The notes: generated from the sequence alone by a model not told the origin. DNA of 64,000 nt from Bacteroidota bacterium (GCA_046051425.1 JBJOOF010000043.1:829-64828), one strand, 5' to 3'. Shown: positions 45,146-56,299, counted from the first letter of the stretch. Numbers and translations are program-made.

Positions 45146-47080
45146 ATGATACTAGATTCCAAAATACCTGCTGGTCCTTTGGCAGAAAAATGGACTAAGC
45201 ATAAGTTTTCAAGCAAGCTCGTCAACCCAGCCAACAAGCGTAAGTACGATGTGATCGTCGTAGGAACAGGTTTGGCAGGTGCATCTGCAGCGGCTTCTTT
45301 AGCGGAATTGGGTTACAATGTGAAGGCATTTTGCTTTCAGGATAGCCCAAGAAGAGCACACTCTATCGCAGCTCAAGGAGGGATCAACGCAGCCAAGAAC
45401 TACCAAAACGACGGGGACTCCATTTACAGACTTTTCTACGACACCATCAAGGGTGGAGATTACCGTGCGCGCGAGGGCAACGTATACCGCTTGGCAGAGG
45501 TGTCTGTAAAAATCATTGATCAATGCGTAGCACAAGGAGTTCCTTTCGCTAGAGAATATGGAGGACTTTTGGCCAACCGTTCATTCGGGGGTGCTCAAGT
45601 ATCTCGTACCTTCTACGCCCGTGGTCAAACAGGACAGCAACTATTATTAGGCGCCTATTCCGCTTTGAGCCGTCAGGTAGCTAATGGAAAAGTAAAGTTA
45701 TTTCCACGGACAGAGATGATGGACGTGGTGGTCATCGATGGCCAAGCCAAAGGAATTGTGACCCGCAACCTCATTACTGGAGCAGTGGAAACGCATGCAG
45801 CACACGCTGTGCTCTTGTGTACTGGTGGTTATGGTAACGTGTTTTTCCTTTCGACCAATGCCATGGGATCCAACGTGACTGCCGCATGGAGAGCGCACAA
45901 GCGTGGGGCGTTTTTTGCCAACCCTTGCTTTACCCAAATTCACCCAACCTGTATTCCAGTATCGGGAGACCATCAGTCCAAGTTGACCTTGATGTCTGAA
46001 TCCCTTCGGAACGACGGACGTGTATGGGTACCTGCTACGCAAGAGATAGCGGAGAAACTTAGAAAAGGACAAATCAAAGCGAACGATATCAAAGAAGAAG
46101 ACCGCGACTATTTCTTGGAGCGCAAGTATCCTTCTTTCGGTAACCTAGTGCCTCGTGACGTGGCTTCTCGTAATGCCAAATACGTGTGCGATGAAGGTCG
46201 TGGCGTAAACGAAACAGGAGAAGCAGTATTCCTTGACTTCCGCGATGCGATCAAGCGAGATTCGCGCAAGATCATTGAACAGAAGTATGGCAACCTCTTC
46301 GATATGTACAAGCAGATCACTGGAGAGGATCCTTACGAAATGCCGATGATGATCTATCCTGCGGTGCACTACACCATGGGTGGACTATGGGTTGACTATA
46401 ATTTGATGACTACCGTACCTGGCTTGTATGCCTTGGGTGAAGCCAACTTCTCCGAGCACGGAGCCAACCGTCTGGGTGCCTCAGCTTTGATGCAGGGTCT
46501 TGCAGATGGGTACTTTGTAATTCCTTACACTGTAGGTGATTATTTGGCGCAGCTAGCCCCAACCAAAGTGGACGAAAACCATCCTGAATTTGCTCGAGCA
46601 AAAGAAGAAGTGAAGCAGGGAATTGAGCGTCTTTTGAAAATCAATGGTAACAAGCCAGTGGATTACTTCCATAAAAGATTGGGCAAGATTATGTGGGATA
46701 AGTGCGGAATGGCCCGAACAGAGGTTGGATTGAAGGAAGCCAAAGCAGACATTCAAGCCTTGAAAAAGGAGTTTTGGACAAATGTGAAGGTATTGGGTAC
46801 CAATGAGGAACTTAACCAGACCCTCGAGAAAGCAAACCGTGTGGCGGACTTCTTAGAGCTTGGAGAATTGATGGTAGATGATGCCTTGAACAGAAACGAA
46901 TCCTGTGGAGGTCACTTCCGTGAAGAATACCAAACACCGGATGGGGAAGCCTTGCGTGACGATGAGAATTTCGCTTACGTGGCTGCATGGAAATACCTCG
47001 GTGAAGGAAAAGAAGAAGAGTTGGTCAAAGAAGAATTGGTCTTTGAAAATGTAAAACTCACCCAGCGTTCCTATAAATAA
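45146..47080 (+). CDS. sdhA: Succinate dehydrogenase/fumarate reductase flavoprotein subunit
   Basis: [47 protein letters not shown]. Confidence 0.97.
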   Translation: MILDSKIPAGPLAEKWTKHKFSSKLVNPANKRKYDVIVVGTGLAGASAAASLAELGYNVKAFCFQDSPRRAHSIAAQGGINAAKNYQNDGDSIYRLFYDTIKGGDYRAREGNVYRLAEVSVKIIDQCVAQGVPFAREYGGLLANRSFGGAQVSRTFYARGQTGQQLLLGAYSALSRQVANGKVKLFPRTEMMDVVVIDGQAKGIVTRNLITGAVETHAAHAVLLCTGGYGNVFFLSTNAMGSNVTAAWRAHKRGAFFANPCFTQIHPTCIPVSGDHQSKLTLMSESLRNDGRVWVPATQEIAEKLRKGQIKANDIKEEDRDYFLERKYPSFGNLVPRDVASRNAKYVCDEGRGVNETGEAVFLDFRDAIKRDSRKIIEQKYGNLFDMYKQITGEDPYEMPMMIYPAVHYTMGGLWVDYNLMTTVPGLYALGEANFSEHGANRLGASALMQGLADGYFVIPYTVGDYLAQLAPTKVDENHPEFARAKEEVKQGIERLLKINGNKPVDYFHKRLGKIMWDKCGMARTEVGLKEAKADIQALKKEFWTNVKVLGTNEELNQTLEKANRVADFLELGELMVDDALNRNESCGGHFREEYQTPDGEALRDDENFAYVAAWKYLGEGKEEELVKEELVFENVKLTQRSYK

Positions 47081-47181
47081 GTTGTAGACAATCACTTCAA
47101 GTCGAGGTGCCATTGGCTTTTTCTTTCTTAGAAACTAGAAAAGCCAAAGTCCTTGACCCAAAAAAAAACTAGCGTAGACAG

Positions 47182-47931
47182 ATGAAATTGACTTTAAAAA
47201 TCTGGAGACAGAAAAATGCGACGGACAAAGGGGGATTTGCTACCTACGTAGCAGACCATGTGTCTAAGGACATGTCTTTCTTGGAAATGTTGGACGTCTT
47301 GAATGACCAATTGACCGAAAAAGGAGAAGATCCGGTCCATTTTGATCACGACTGCCGCGAGGGAATCTGCGGAATGTGCTCCTTGTACATCAATGGTAAA
47401 CCACATGGTCCGCAACAGACTACTACTTGTCAGTTGCACATGCGTTCCTTCTCAGATGGAGAGACCATCACGATCGAGCCTTGGAGAGCAAAAGCATTTC
47501 CAGTTGTAAAGGACTTGGTAGTCAATCGCTCTGCCTTTGATCGCATCATTCAGGCTGGAGGCTATGTGTCTGTGAACACCGGAGGTGTACCTGATGCCAA
47601 CGAGATTCCAATCCCAAAAACCGTGGCAGATCTTGCCATGGATGCAGCCCAGTGTATAGGTTGTGGTGCTTGTGTGGCGGCTTGTAAAAATGCTTCGGCC
47701 ATGCTATTCACTTCTGCCAAAGTTTCCCAATTGGCACTATTGCCACAAGGACAGGTGGAGCGCAAGACGAGAGCAGAAAAGATGGTTGCTCAGATGGATG
47801 CAGAAGGTTTCGGGGCTTGCACCAATACCGGAGCATGTGAGGCAGAATGTCCTAAAGGCATTTCCATCACCAACATCGCACGCATGAATCGTGAATACTT
47901 CTCCGCGGTAGCGAGCAGCGATAACATGTAA
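47182..47931 (+). CDS. sdhB: Succinate dehydrogenase iron-sulfur subunit
   Basis: [32 protein letters not shown]. Confidence 0.97.
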   Translation: MKLTLKIWRQKNATDKGGFATYVADHVSKDMSFLEMLDVLNDQLTEKGEDPVHFDHDCREGICGMCSLYINGKPHGPQQTTTCQLHMRSFSDGETITIEPWRAKAFPVVKDLVVNRSAFDRIIQAGGYVSVNTGGVPDANEIPIPKTVADLAMDAAQCIGCGACVAACKNASAMLFTSAKVSQLALLPQGQVERKTRAEKMVAQMDAEGFGACTNTGACEAECPKGISITNIARMNREYFSAVASSDNM

Positions 47932-47948
47932 TCTTATTTATGACAACT

Positions 47949-47979
47949 AAAAAGGGCAGGTGAAAACCTGCCCTTTTTT
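47949..47979. terminator. Bidirectional rho-independent terminator
   Basis: AAAAAGGGCAGGT-GAAA-ACCTGCCCTTTTTT. Confidence 0.9.
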
Positions 47980-49090
47980 ATTTTTTCTCCATCTGATTGA
48001 TCCACTCTCGGATGAGGGCCACACCTTCCGCATGGATGCTGGTTCGTCCCAGTTCAGGCATGGCGACTCCTACCTCGGTAGAATTCATTCGGTGCAGGAG
48101 AATGGAAGCATCTCCATCCCCAGGGACAATGTCGTAGGTATGTGAGCCGGAACCTTTTCCCGCAGCTACGGGGGTTTTATACACACCCAACTTCAAAGGG
48201 TCTTTTTGTCCATAGGTAAGAAATAGTCCGGATGTGCTTGCTGGACCTTCTGCGCGATGGCAATGGGAGCAGTTGATGTCTAAGTAGGCCATCGCCCGAT
48301 CGTCTAAGGTTTGACTTTGGTCCTCGTAGTTGACCAGAGTCGGATGAGCAGCTTTGCCATTAAACCCGACTAGCTTGCCTTGTGCGGACCAATGTGCTAA
48401 CTGGTTTTCAGTTCCGCTTTCGTAGGCATAATCATGGTTGAGGTGCCTGGTTTGTACGCCTAGTGGAGCTAGGGTTTCATTTTTGTTGTGGCAACTTTTG
48501 CATTGATTTTTGTTGGGGACCAAATAATTGATCACCTGCTCTTCGCCTTCTTGATCGATGAAGCGAACCTCTTTTTCTGCGCCTACCACTTTCAGAACCG
48601 CGTCCGTTTGCGATTCATTCCAAAGGTAAGGATAGGCTTCCCAGCCGCCTTCCTCGTGAATCATCAGACGGGTTTCGATAATTCTTCGCTCTCCCTCTGG
48701 CTTTCTAAAGTCTGCAGGGTAGTAGAAATTTTTGATCAAGATTGTTCCCTGAGGCAAACTGAGTTCTTCACCGGCCAGGCTGGCTTGTGTGCCCTCGGGT
48801 AGGGAGACAAATCGACTTTTTAAAGCATAATCTGTAAATAAGGAGGACGCAGGTTGGTAGGGGAGAATGCTAGAGTTAGGACTTAGATTTGCCATTTCCC
48901 CGGCAAAAAAACCATAAGTGGAAAGTCTGCGGTAGGGAAATATACCATCCGCTTCTTCAGGTGCTAGGACCTCTTCGACTGATTCTGAGCTCTCCTCCTC
49001 GCTTGCTTGTGGCGCACAGGAAGCCATCAGTCCTAGCAGCAAAAAGCAGATAAATCCCTTTTTTACAAAACGTTCAAACGCCAGGCTCAT
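47978..49090 (-). CDS. SO2930-family diheme c-type cytochrome lipoprotein
   Basis: Lipobox MASC; LFTDYALKSR, IETRL, CKSCH, YLDINCSHCH, MPELGR. Confidence 0.85.
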   Translation of the reverse strand: MSLAFERFVKKGFICFLLLGLMASCAPQASEEESSESVEEVLAPEEADGIFPYRRLSTYGFFAGEMANLSPNSSILPYQPASSLFTDYALKSRFVSLPEGTQASLAGEELSLPQGTILIKNFYYPADFRKPEGERRIIETRLMIHEEGGWEAYPYLWNESQTDAVLKVVGAEKEVRFIDQEGEEQVINYLVPNKNQCKSCHNKNETLAPLGVQTRHLNHDYAYESGTENQLAHWSAQGKLVGFNGKAAHPTLVNYEDQSQTLDDRAMAYLDINCSHCHRAEGPASTSGLFLTYGQKDPLKLGVYKTPVAAGKGSGSHTYDIVPGDGDASILLHRMNSTEVGVAMPELGRTSIHAEGVALIREWINQMEKK

Positions 49091-49092
49091 CC

Positions 49093-50394
49093 TCAGTTGT
49101 ATTTTTTAGGAGTGGCTAGCGAAAGTTTGTCCCCTGAAGGGCCTTTGCACTGCTGGAAGGGACTGGAATCGCTAAAGGAGTCGATGTTATCCTCTCCTTC
49201 CATCAGGTAGAAGCGGGTAAATCGAAGGGACTCCATAGTGGGCTCCTGGATGCAGATCCGCATGGGATTGCTATCAATGGAAGCGCTTACGGACTCATCC
49301 CAGATACCGTCGTAGATGATGTCTTGGGTTTTAAGCCACCCATGTGCATTGTACAGGCTGACTAGTTGACCTAGTTCTCGACTCAGGTCAGGAAGGCTTA
49401 GTAAGGATCCCCTGTCGTAGCTATTGTCGTGGACAAAGATGTCTGAAGTATAGGGAGACCAGTTGGGTGCTTCCGCTGGAAATCCGGTCACTTGGTAGCT
49501 GGCAATCGCTACCCCGTAGGTCTTGTTGCGAAGGATACGGTTGTTGAAAATCTCTACCTCTTTGGCTGCCAACAAGACAATGCCTGAACCAGGAGGGATC
49601 ATGGTGACCGTATTGCCGTTGGGATCATCCCCGAGAGGTATAGCAAAATTCTCGTGGTTGTTGCCTACAATGTCGTTGTCGTAAATTCGGGTTTGCCGGC
49701 CATCTCCTTTGGGAAGACCTGGAAGGTTGAAAACCAAGATACCTCCGGCATTGTCTCGGGCCGTATTTCCAAAGACTTCAGCGCGGTCGCAATTTTCGAT
49801 TTCAATTCCTGCCACATTGCCAAAGGCTAGGGAGTTTTTGACCACAATGTCTTCGGATTGACCTACATAGATGCCCGCATCTTTGGAATGGGAGGCAATG
49901 CAGCTGTCGATGACTACATTTTTGCATTGCACGGGATAGATGGCGTAGGTTCCATTTTTGGATTTGTCGCCATGTGTCCAAGTCACATTAATCTTTCGAA
50001 AGGTAATTCCATCCGTATGTTGGGCTTTGATACCATCCCCTGGAGCATCCTCAATGCTCAGCTCTTCAATCGTAATGTCCTTGCCCACGATTTTCACCCC
50101 TTCACCACCAGATTTCAACTCTCGAAAGGAAAGCACTGTTTTGTCCATCCCATCTCCTTGAATACGGATGGCGGTTTTATTGTCTAAAATAAGTTGGGTT
50201 TTGAGTTCGTAAAAGCCCTCAGGAATCCGAATGGTGCTGGAGTCTTCTGCAAGAATAAAGGCTTCGACCAAGGCTTCCACTTCTTCAGGCGTGGCACGAC
50301 GCAATCCGGAACTGTCATAAGTCTGTTCGTCGGATTGGGTGCTGCAACTAAAAAACAGGAGTGCGAAACAAAATAGAAAGAGGGATCGAATCAT
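49093..50394 (-). CDS. Parallel beta-helix repeat lipoprotein (partner of the SO2930-family cytochrome)
   Basis: Lipobox FFSC; NGTYAIYPV, DAGIYVGQS, NVAGIEIEN, GGILVFNLP; start may instead be 50430. Confidence 0.85.
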   Translation of the reverse strand: MIRSLFLFCFALLFFSCSTQSDEQTYDSSGLRRATPEEVEALVEAFILAEDSSTIRIPEGFYELKTQLILDNKTAIRIQGDGMDKTVLSFRELKSGGEGVKIVGKDITIEELSIEDAPGDGIKAQHTDGITFRKINVTWTHGDKSKNGTYAIYPVQCKNVVIDSCIASHSKDAGIYVGQSEDIVVKNSLAFGNVAGIEIENCDRAEVFGNTARDNAGGILVFNLPGLPKGDGRQTRIYDNDIVGNNHENFAIPLGDDPNGNTVTMIPPGSGIVLLAAKEVEIFNNRILRNKTYGVAIASYQVTGFPAEAPNWSPYTSDIFVHDNSYDRGSLLSLPDLSRELGQLVSLYNAHGWLKTQDIIYDGIWDESVSASIDSNPMRICIQEPTMESLRFTRFYLMEGEDNIDSFSDSSPFQQCKGPSGDKLSLATPKKYN

Positions 50395-50682
50395 TTCGAA
50401 TACGGGTTGAATCCGCTTGGCCTCCATCAAGTATTGACTTCACTGAAAATTCTTTCCAGTTTTCAACGTATCTCCGGGCAAACCAAGGTGGGTTTGGGTT
50501 TTTAGTTAAGGAAGGAAATTTGAGAAAAATTGGGAGGGATTCCAAATGCAAGATTTTCAGGGGATTCCTTGAGACCTTAATTTAGAGAGCTGTTGCTGCA
50601 AGGTTCACCGAATAAAAATCCGTATCCAGCTAGAATTTCACATTTCTTGTTTTAGTTTTAAGAAACAATAATCACCCCTAAC

Positions 50683-51285
50683 ATGAAAAAAGGTCTTTTG
50701 CTAATCGTATTTTTAATTTTCGCCTCTGCTGTACAAGCCCAATTTGGTATTCGTGCAGGTATCGGCTCCTCTAACTTCTCCAATGGAGATGTCCAACGTG
50801 GTTTTTCCTCCTTAATCAGACCGCACCTTGGCGCCTACTATGGGTTGGAAGTAACCGAAAAGTTAACCGTGGAGCCGGGTATGTTTTTTTCAGGGAAAGG
50901 GATTAGCACCACAAGTAAGGTTACTAACAAAGAATTCAAAGAAAGTTTGAGTTACTTGGATATTCCTGTTTTGGTACGCTATGCGGTGAATGAAGACTTC
51001 AATGTTTTTGCGGGGCCTCAGGCAGGATTTCTAATTGCAAGAACGTATACCGAAGGAAGTGTAAAAATCACCGACACCGCGCCTGTTGGAGGTTATGAAA
51101 TTGGAGGTGTTTTTGGTGCGGGCTACAAATTGACCTCTGGAATCAACCTTCAAGCAAGCTATGATTTTGGGATTGCACCTTTTAAATACTTTCAAGCAGA
51201 CGTAAATAACACGGTGTTTAAACTTTCAGTAGGATATACGCTTCCTTCCAAGGCGGCGAAAGAAAAAGCGGAGAAGGAGCAATAG
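50683..51285 (+). CDS. Outer membrane beta-barrel protein (porin/PorT-like family)
   Basis: Signal peptide AQ-FGIRAG; YLDIPVL, FAGPQAGFL, LSVGY. Confidence 0.85.
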   Translation: MKKGLLLIVFLIFASAVQAQFGIRAGIGSSNFSNGDVQRGFSSLIRPHLGAYYGLEVTEKLTVEPGMFFSGKGISTTSKVTNKEFKESLSYLDIPVLVRYAVNEDFNVFAGPQAGFLIARTYTEGSVKITDTAPVGGYEIGGVFGAGYKLTSGINLQASYDFGIAPFKYFQADVNNTVFKLSVGYTLPSKAAKEKAEKEQ

Positions 51286-51293
51286 TTCCTTGC

Positions 51294-51869
51294 TTATTTT
51301 TTCAATCTATCTGGGTTGTCTTGAATAAAGGATTTCCATCCCTCATTTCTCCCGCGGGTTTGCATCCTTCCTTCGTGAAAGTGATGGCAAAGTGCTACTG
51401 CTAATGCGTCCGTAGCATCCAAAAGTTTGGGCAGCTCTTCAATCCCAAGCAAGGTTTGGAGCATCGCGGCAACCTGCTCTTTGGAGGCATTTCCATTGCC
51501 CGTTACTGACTGCTTTACCTTCTTGGGTGAGTATTCAGTAATGGGTATTTCTTTGGAAAGTGCAGCAGCCATGGCTACTCCCTGGGCACGGCCCAGCTTC
51601 AGCATGGATTGTACGTTTACTCCATAAAATGGGGCTTCCAAGGCTACTGAGTCGGGGGCAAACTCATCCAAAATTCCACTTATCCGTTCAAAAATCTTCT
51701 TTAACTTCAACTCGTGGGTCTCGTACTTCTTCAGATGAATTACCCCGTACTGCAAGATTTTGTATTTTTTCCCTTCCGTTACTAGCAAACCATAGCCCAT
51801 AACAGTCGTACCTGGGTCAATACCTAAGATGATTTTTTCTGAAGGGAGTTTCTTGTCAGTGTCTTTCAC
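51294..51869 (-). CDS. ruvC: Holliday junction resolvase RuvC
   Basis: ILGIDPG, ALEAPF, KLGRAQG, GNGNASKEQV, DATDALAVALCH. Confidence 0.96.
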   Translation of the reverse strand: MKDTDKKLPSEKIILGIDPGTTVMGYGLLVTEGKKYKILQYGVIHLKKYETHELKLKKIFERISGILDEFAPDSVALEAPFYGVNVQSMLKLGRAQGVAMAAALSKEIPITEYSPKKVKQSVTGNGNASKEQVAAMLQTLLGIEELPKLLDATDALAVALCHHFHEGRMQTRGRNEGWKSFIQDNPDRLKK

Positions 51870-52020
51870 GAACCCAAGTTACAAGTTTTAAGGTGGAAAT
51901 TTAGGACTACAATGGGGAAACATCAGATGGATTGACCAAAGTAGAAGTACAGGTGCCCTTTGAAGTTTCGGCCTACATTTACAAGAAGATTACTTAATTT
52001 TAGGGATTAGCGCAGGAATT

Positions 52021-52272
52021 ATGAGTGACCAAGAATTTGATTTATTGGACGAATTGTATTTTGTTCAGCCCTATGCATTCCTTCAAGAAACCTTGGGATG
52101 GGAGGATAAGCAATTGCTGGATACCCTCACCTCACTTGTAGAAAAGGGTTGGGTAAAATGCTTTACAGAACCGGATCAAGAATGCTTTGAGGCCATCAAT
52201 CTGCAGGAAGTAGGGAAGGGACTCCTTTATTTAGCCACAAAAAAGGGTTTAATGGCCCATACCACACTCTAA
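52021..52272 (+). CDS. Small hypothetical protein (possibly winged-helix-like)
   Basis: 83-aa ORF with ATG start, 1 bp before the next gene; ends YLATKKGLMAH. Confidence 0.65.
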   Translation: MSDQEFDLLDELYFVQPYAFLQETLGWEDKQLLDTLTSLVEKGWVKCFTEPDQECFEAINLQEVGKGLLYLATKKGLMAHTTL

Positions 52273-52273
52273 G

Positions 52274-53491
52274 GTGCAATCAGAAAGCTACAAATACCAA
52301 CGGAAAGAATTGGAGTTGAAGGCCCTATTGGAAATCACCCAGGCTATCAATGAAAACCAATCGGAAGAGGTCCTAGTCACCATCTTCAAGTTTACCTGTT
52401 TGGTACATCTGGAGATCAGTTCCCTCATACTTTATGTAGCCAAAGAAGAAGACTTTGCACAGCGAATTTCACATGGGGTAAAGTCAAAAACACCGCTTTT
52501 GCTTTCTAGGGAAGCCGTTAAGGAGGATAAAAAATCAGGAAGCCTATCTATTCAATTGGAAAATGGCTATTCCTTTGGGGAGCTCGAAACCTACCTGCCG
52601 GTATACCACAAGGAGAAACTGCTGGCGATTTTGTTTTTGAAGCGAAAAAATAAGGACTTAGAACTCGATCTGGATTTCACTCAAGCTTTAGCCAATATCC
52701 TGGTAGTGGCCTTGGAGAATAAACGCTTTGCAAGGAGGCAACTCGAGCAAGAAGTCATGAAGCGAGAGATGGAGATTGCTTCGCAGGTGCAGCAATTGTT
52801 GTTCCCCGCTACCTTACCCAATACAGATCGGCTCAAGGCGGAAGTGACCTATGTGCCGCACAGCCGCGTAGGGGGAGATTATTACGATTTGATTGCGAGC
52901 GGGGAAGAGAAAGTTTACTTCTGTATTGCGGATGTATCCGGCAAAGGAATGGCTGCCGCCTTGTTGATGTCCAATTTTCAAGCTGCCTTACGCACCTTGT
53001 TGCGAAGTAATGCAGACCTGGAAACCTTAATCCACCAACTTAATTTCACCCTCTTTGACCTTACGAAGGGGGAGCGATTCATTACTTTTTTTCTGGGTGA
53101 ATATGAGTTTGCAAGCGGCAACTTGCGCTATGTGAATGCCGGGCATAACCCCCCAGTGCTCTGCAGTTCAGAAGCTGAGGCAACCGAATTCTTGGAGGCA
53201 GGAACCACCATCTTGGGCGCTTTTGAAGCCTTACCTTTTATGGAAGTGGGCAAACGGGAAGGATTGAAGGGATTTACCCTTCATTTGTTTACGGATGGCT
53301 TGACGGAGGCCATGAATCCCGAGGAGGAAGAGTATGGAGAGCAGCGCTTCAAGGAATTGGCGGAGAAAAACAAGGAACAAAACCCTGCTGAATTTCATCA
53401 AGAGTTCCGCTTGGCGATTGATCGATTTGCCAAAAAAGTACCTTTTCATGATGATTTAACGCTGTTGAGCCTTCGGTTTTCAAAAGCATGA
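52274..53491 (+). CDS. SpoIIE/RsbU-like PP2C phosphatase with N-terminal GAF-like region
   Basis: VGGDYYD, IADVSGKG..AALLM, YVNAGHNPP, FTDGLTEA, DDLTLL; GTG start. Confidence 0.92.
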   Translation: MQSESYKYQRKELELKALLEITQAINENQSEEVLVTIFKFTCLVHLEISSLILYVAKEEDFAQRISHGVKSKTPLLLSREAVKEDKKSGSLSIQLENGYSFGELETYLPVYHKEKLLAILFLKRKNKDLELDLDFTQALANILVVALENKRFARRQLEQEVMKREMEIASQVQQLLFPATLPNTDRLKAEVTYVPHSRVGGDYYDLIASGEEKVYFCIADVSGKGMAAALLMSNFQAALRTLLRSNADLETLIHQLNFTLFDLTKGERFITFFLGEYEFASGNLRYVNAGHNPPVLCSSEAEATEFLEAGTTILGAFEALPFMEVGKREGLKGFTLHLFTDGLTEAMNPEEEEYGEQRFKELAEKNKEQNPAEFHQEFRLAIDRFAKKVPFHDDLTLLSLRFSKA

Positions 53492-54120
53492 GCCTAGTTC
53501 AACTTCCTTATTTCCTGACCTTCCTGTATCCCGATCGCCTTTGGAAGGGGCCGGAACTCGAGCGTAAGGTGACCCTCACCTTTGACGATGGGCCTGTGCC
53601 TGAAGTGACGGATTGGGTCTTGGACGAATTAGCAAAACGTGGTTTGAGCGCGACATTTTTTATGGTTGGCGACAATGTGCGCAAGCATCCTTCCTTAGCG
53701 AATGAAGTGATAGCTGCTGGGCATCAGGTAGGAAATCATACCTACCACCATCTTTCGGGTTGGAAAACAAGTACGGCTACCTATTTGGAAGATGTGGCGG
53801 CATGCGATGCGATGTTGGAGGATACCTTGGGTTTAAAAACCAGTTTGTTTCGACCCCCCTATGGTTGGATGAAACCACTTCAGGCACGCGCCGTTGCAAA
53901 GGACAAAAAAATAGTCATGTGGAGCCTATTGAGTTACGACTTCGATTCGAGTTTATCGGCTGAGAAGATAATTCAAGTCTGTACTTCTAGAACTTCCCCC
54001 GGATCCATCCTTGTTTTTCATGATCAGGAAAAGACCAAGGAGCAACTCAAGAAGGTGTTGCCCAACTACCTAGATTTTTTGGTAGGAGAAGGGTTTGCCA
54101 CACAACCCCTCCAAGGCTAA
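53488..54120 (+). CDS. Polysaccharide deacetylase (CE4/NodB)
   Basis: LTFDDGP, ATFF, GNHTYHH, FRPPYG, ILVFHD. Confidence 0.93.
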   Translation: MSLVQLPYFLTFLYPDRLWKGPELERKVTLTFDDGPVPEVTDWVLDELAKRGLSATFFMVGDNVRKHPSLANEVIAAGHQVGNHTYHHLSGWKTSTATYLEDVAACDAMLEDTLGLKTSLFRPPYGWMKPLQARAVAKDKKIVMWSLLSYDFDSSLSAEKIIQVCTSRTSPGSILVFHDQEKTKEQLKKVLPNYLDFLVGEGFATQPLQG

Positions 54121-54236
54121 TTTCTAGTTTGAATTTTGTCTACTAATTTTCAATGCGAGGCCTTTTCTTCAGGGGATTGCATGGATACTTTCTTATTTTT
54201 GGGAAAGAATTTTAATCCAACACCTTGTTCGCTTTC

Positions 54237-55013
54237 ATGCAGTTAATCGATACCCACGCCCATATTTATTCCAGCAAGTTTGATTCGGATCGGGATCAGG
54301 TGATCGAAGAAATCCGCGCTGCAGGCATTACCAAGGTTTTTATGCCCAATGTGGATGTGCATACCATTGACGCCATGCTGGACTGCGAGAGTCGCTATGG
54401 GGACCTCTGTGTGCCCATGATGGGTTTGCATCCCTGTGATGTGGGAGATGATTTTGAAGCGCAGCTCCAAGTGATGGAGAATTGGCTACATACTAGGCCT
54501 TTTGCTGCAGTAGGTGAGATTGGAACAGATCTTTATTGGGATAAAACCAACTTGGACCGTCAACTGGCTGCCTTGGAGATTCAAGTGGGCTGGGCCAAGG
54601 AGCGCGAATTGCCCATCGTCTTGCACTGCCGAGAGTCCATCGATTTGACGATTGATTTTATTGAGAAAATGCACGATGGCAAGTTGAGAGGTATATTCCA
54701 TTGCTTTACGGGAAACCTGGACCAAGCCAAACGAATTACGGAGATGGGTTTTTTGCTTGGAATTGGTGGAGTAGTTACCTTCAAAAATGGAGGTTTGGAC
54801 CAAGTGATTCCGTATATTGGTCTAGAGCATTTGGTGTTGGAAACAGACGCTCCCTATTTAGCACCGGTTCCACATCGTGGGAAGCGGAATTCTCCTGCTT
54901 ACTTGCCCTTTGTGGCGGAGCGAGTGGGGGACCTCCTTCAAGTACCTGCAGCTGTGGTGGCGGAAGCCACTAGTGCACAAGCACTTCAACTGTTTACAAA
55001 GATTGAAAAATGA
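54237..55013 (+). CDS. tatD: TatD family DNase
   Basis: IDTHAH, GLHP, VGEIGTD, VLHCRE, FHCFTG, LETDAPYLAP. Confidence 0.94.
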   Translation: MQLIDTHAHIYSSKFDSDRDQVIEEIRAAGITKVFMPNVDVHTIDAMLDCESRYGDLCVPMMGLHPCDVGDDFEAQLQVMENWLHTRPFAAVGEIGTDLYWDKTNLDRQLAALEIQVGWAKERELPIVLHCRESIDLTIDFIEKMHDGKLRGIFHCFTGNLDQAKRITEMGFLLGIGGVVTFKNGGLDQVIPYIGLEHLVLETDAPYLAPVPHRGKRNSPAYLPFVAERVGDLLQVPAAVVAEATSAQALQLFTKIEK

Positions 55014-56077
55014 ATTACAAGATCGTTCGTCTCAATACCGGAATCAAAACAAGTAAGGCTTCCTCAGTCCTGATAATCTATACAGGAGGTACCTTGGGGA
55101 TGTCCTATGACGAGTCCGGTGCATTAGTGCCCTTCAATTTTGGGCAGATTTTGGAAAAGATTCCCATCCTTTCCAACATGAACATTGCGATTACGGTAAT
55201 TTCATTTCCCGAACCTATTGATTCGTCCAACGTGACCATGAGTCATTGGATAGATATGGCCTATATCATTACCGAAAACTACGACAGCTACGATGGTTTT
55301 GTGGTCCTCCACGGAACAGATACCATGGCCTATTCCGCTTCCATGCTCAGTTACATGCTGGAGGGCTTGAATAAACCAGTGATTTTTACAGGAGCACAGT
55401 TGCCCATCTCGGCCATGCGTTCCGATGCGCGGGAAAACTTGATGACTTCCCTGGAGATTGCTACGGCCAAATCCAAAGGAAAACCCATTGTACCCGAAGT
55501 GTGTATTTTCTTCAACCACATGCTACTGCGAGGCAATCGCTCCAAAAAGGTGCAGAGCGTGCACTTCGATGCTTTTGAATCGGAGAATTACCCCATTTTG
55601 GCAGAGGCAGGCATTGTGATCGACTACAACACTACAGCGATTAGACCTTACGAGGCCAATCGAAAGTTGGTCAATCGCAATAATTTGGACAACGGGGTGA
55701 TGATTGTGAAGTTGTTTCCAGGAATTACCGATAAGATTTTGGATGCCTGCTTTGCAATTCCTGGTTTACGAGGTGTGGTCCTAGAGACTTATGGTTCTGG
55801 GAATAGCCCATCTTTGGATTGGTTTATGAAATCGCTGGAAGGAGCCATCAAGCGAGGCTTGATCTTATTGAATGTGTCTCAATGCAACGGGGGACGTGTA
55901 ATCCAAGGGCGCTACGAAACCAGCAAGGAACTACTAGCGGTAGGGGTGGTGAGTGGAGCCGACATGACTACCGAAGCTGCGGTCACCAAGTTGATGTTTT
56001 TGCTGGGGCAAAAATTGAGTCGGGAAGAGATTTGTCTGCAGCTGACGCAGTCTATTGCTGGCGAGATCAGCACCTAA
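55010..56077 (+). CDS. ansA: Type I (cytoplasmic) L-asparaginase
   Basis: IYTGGTLGM, IDSSN, HGTDTMAY, TGAQLP, RGNRSKK, DMTTEAAVTKL. Confidence 0.93.
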   Translation: MNYKIVRLNTGIKTSKASSVLIIYTGGTLGMSYDESGALVPFNFGQILEKIPILSNMNIAITVISFPEPIDSSNVTMSHWIDMAYIITENYDSYDGFVVLHGTDTMAYSASMLSYMLEGLNKPVIFTGAQLPISAMRSDARENLMTSLEIATAKSKGKPIVPEVCIFFNHMLLRGNRSKKVQSVHFDAFESENYPILAEAGIVIDYNTTAIRPYEANRKLVNRNNLDNGVMIVKLFPGITDKILDACFAIPGLRGVVLETYGSGNSPSLDWFMKSLEGAIKRGLILLNVSQCNGGRVIQGRYETSKELLAVGVVSGADMTTEAAVTKLMFLLGQKLSREEICLQLTQSIAGEIST

Positions 56078-56166
56078 TTTTCGTTTATTTCAGAAAGGGG
56101 TTTGGAATCGGCGTGAATAATTTTTTTCTTTGCACTCCGATTCGGCTACCGAGTCAAACCACAAAC

Positions 56167-56254
56167 AGAGAGGTGTCCGAGTGGTTGAAGGAGCACGCCT
56201 GGAAAGTGTGTATACTCCAAAAGGGTATCGAGGGTTCGAATCCCTTCCTCTCTG
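56167..56254 (+). tRNA. tRNA-Ser(GGA)
   Basis: AGAGAGG...GAGTGGTTGAAGG-A-G-CACGC-CTGGAAA-GTGTG-long variable arm-GAGGG-TTCGAAT-CCCTT-CCTCTCT-G. Confidence 0.96.
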
Positions 56255-56258
56255 CAGC

Positions 56259-56299
56259 AAAACAAAGCCCTTAATTCTAGGAATTAAGGGCTTTGTTTT
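56259..56299. terminator. Bidirectional terminator after tRNA-Ser
   Basis: AAAACAAAGCCCTTAATTC-TAG-GAATTAAGGGCTTTGTTTT. Confidence 0.88.

Noticed and set aside
47113-47147. Imperfect hairpin between sdhA and sdhB
   Set aside because: Single copy without a clear U-tail; could be an mRNA stability element but cannot be supported further.
47949-47979. GGCAGG/CCTGCC hexamers resembling the palindromes near tRNA-Leu
   Set aside because: Opposite arrangement with A/T tails between convergent genes; an ordinary terminator.
51870-52020. Short open frame between ruvC and the 83-aa ORF (DYNGETSDGLTKVEVQVPF...)
   Set aside because: No convincing start and no recognisable homology; it cannot be called a pseudogene from sequence alone.
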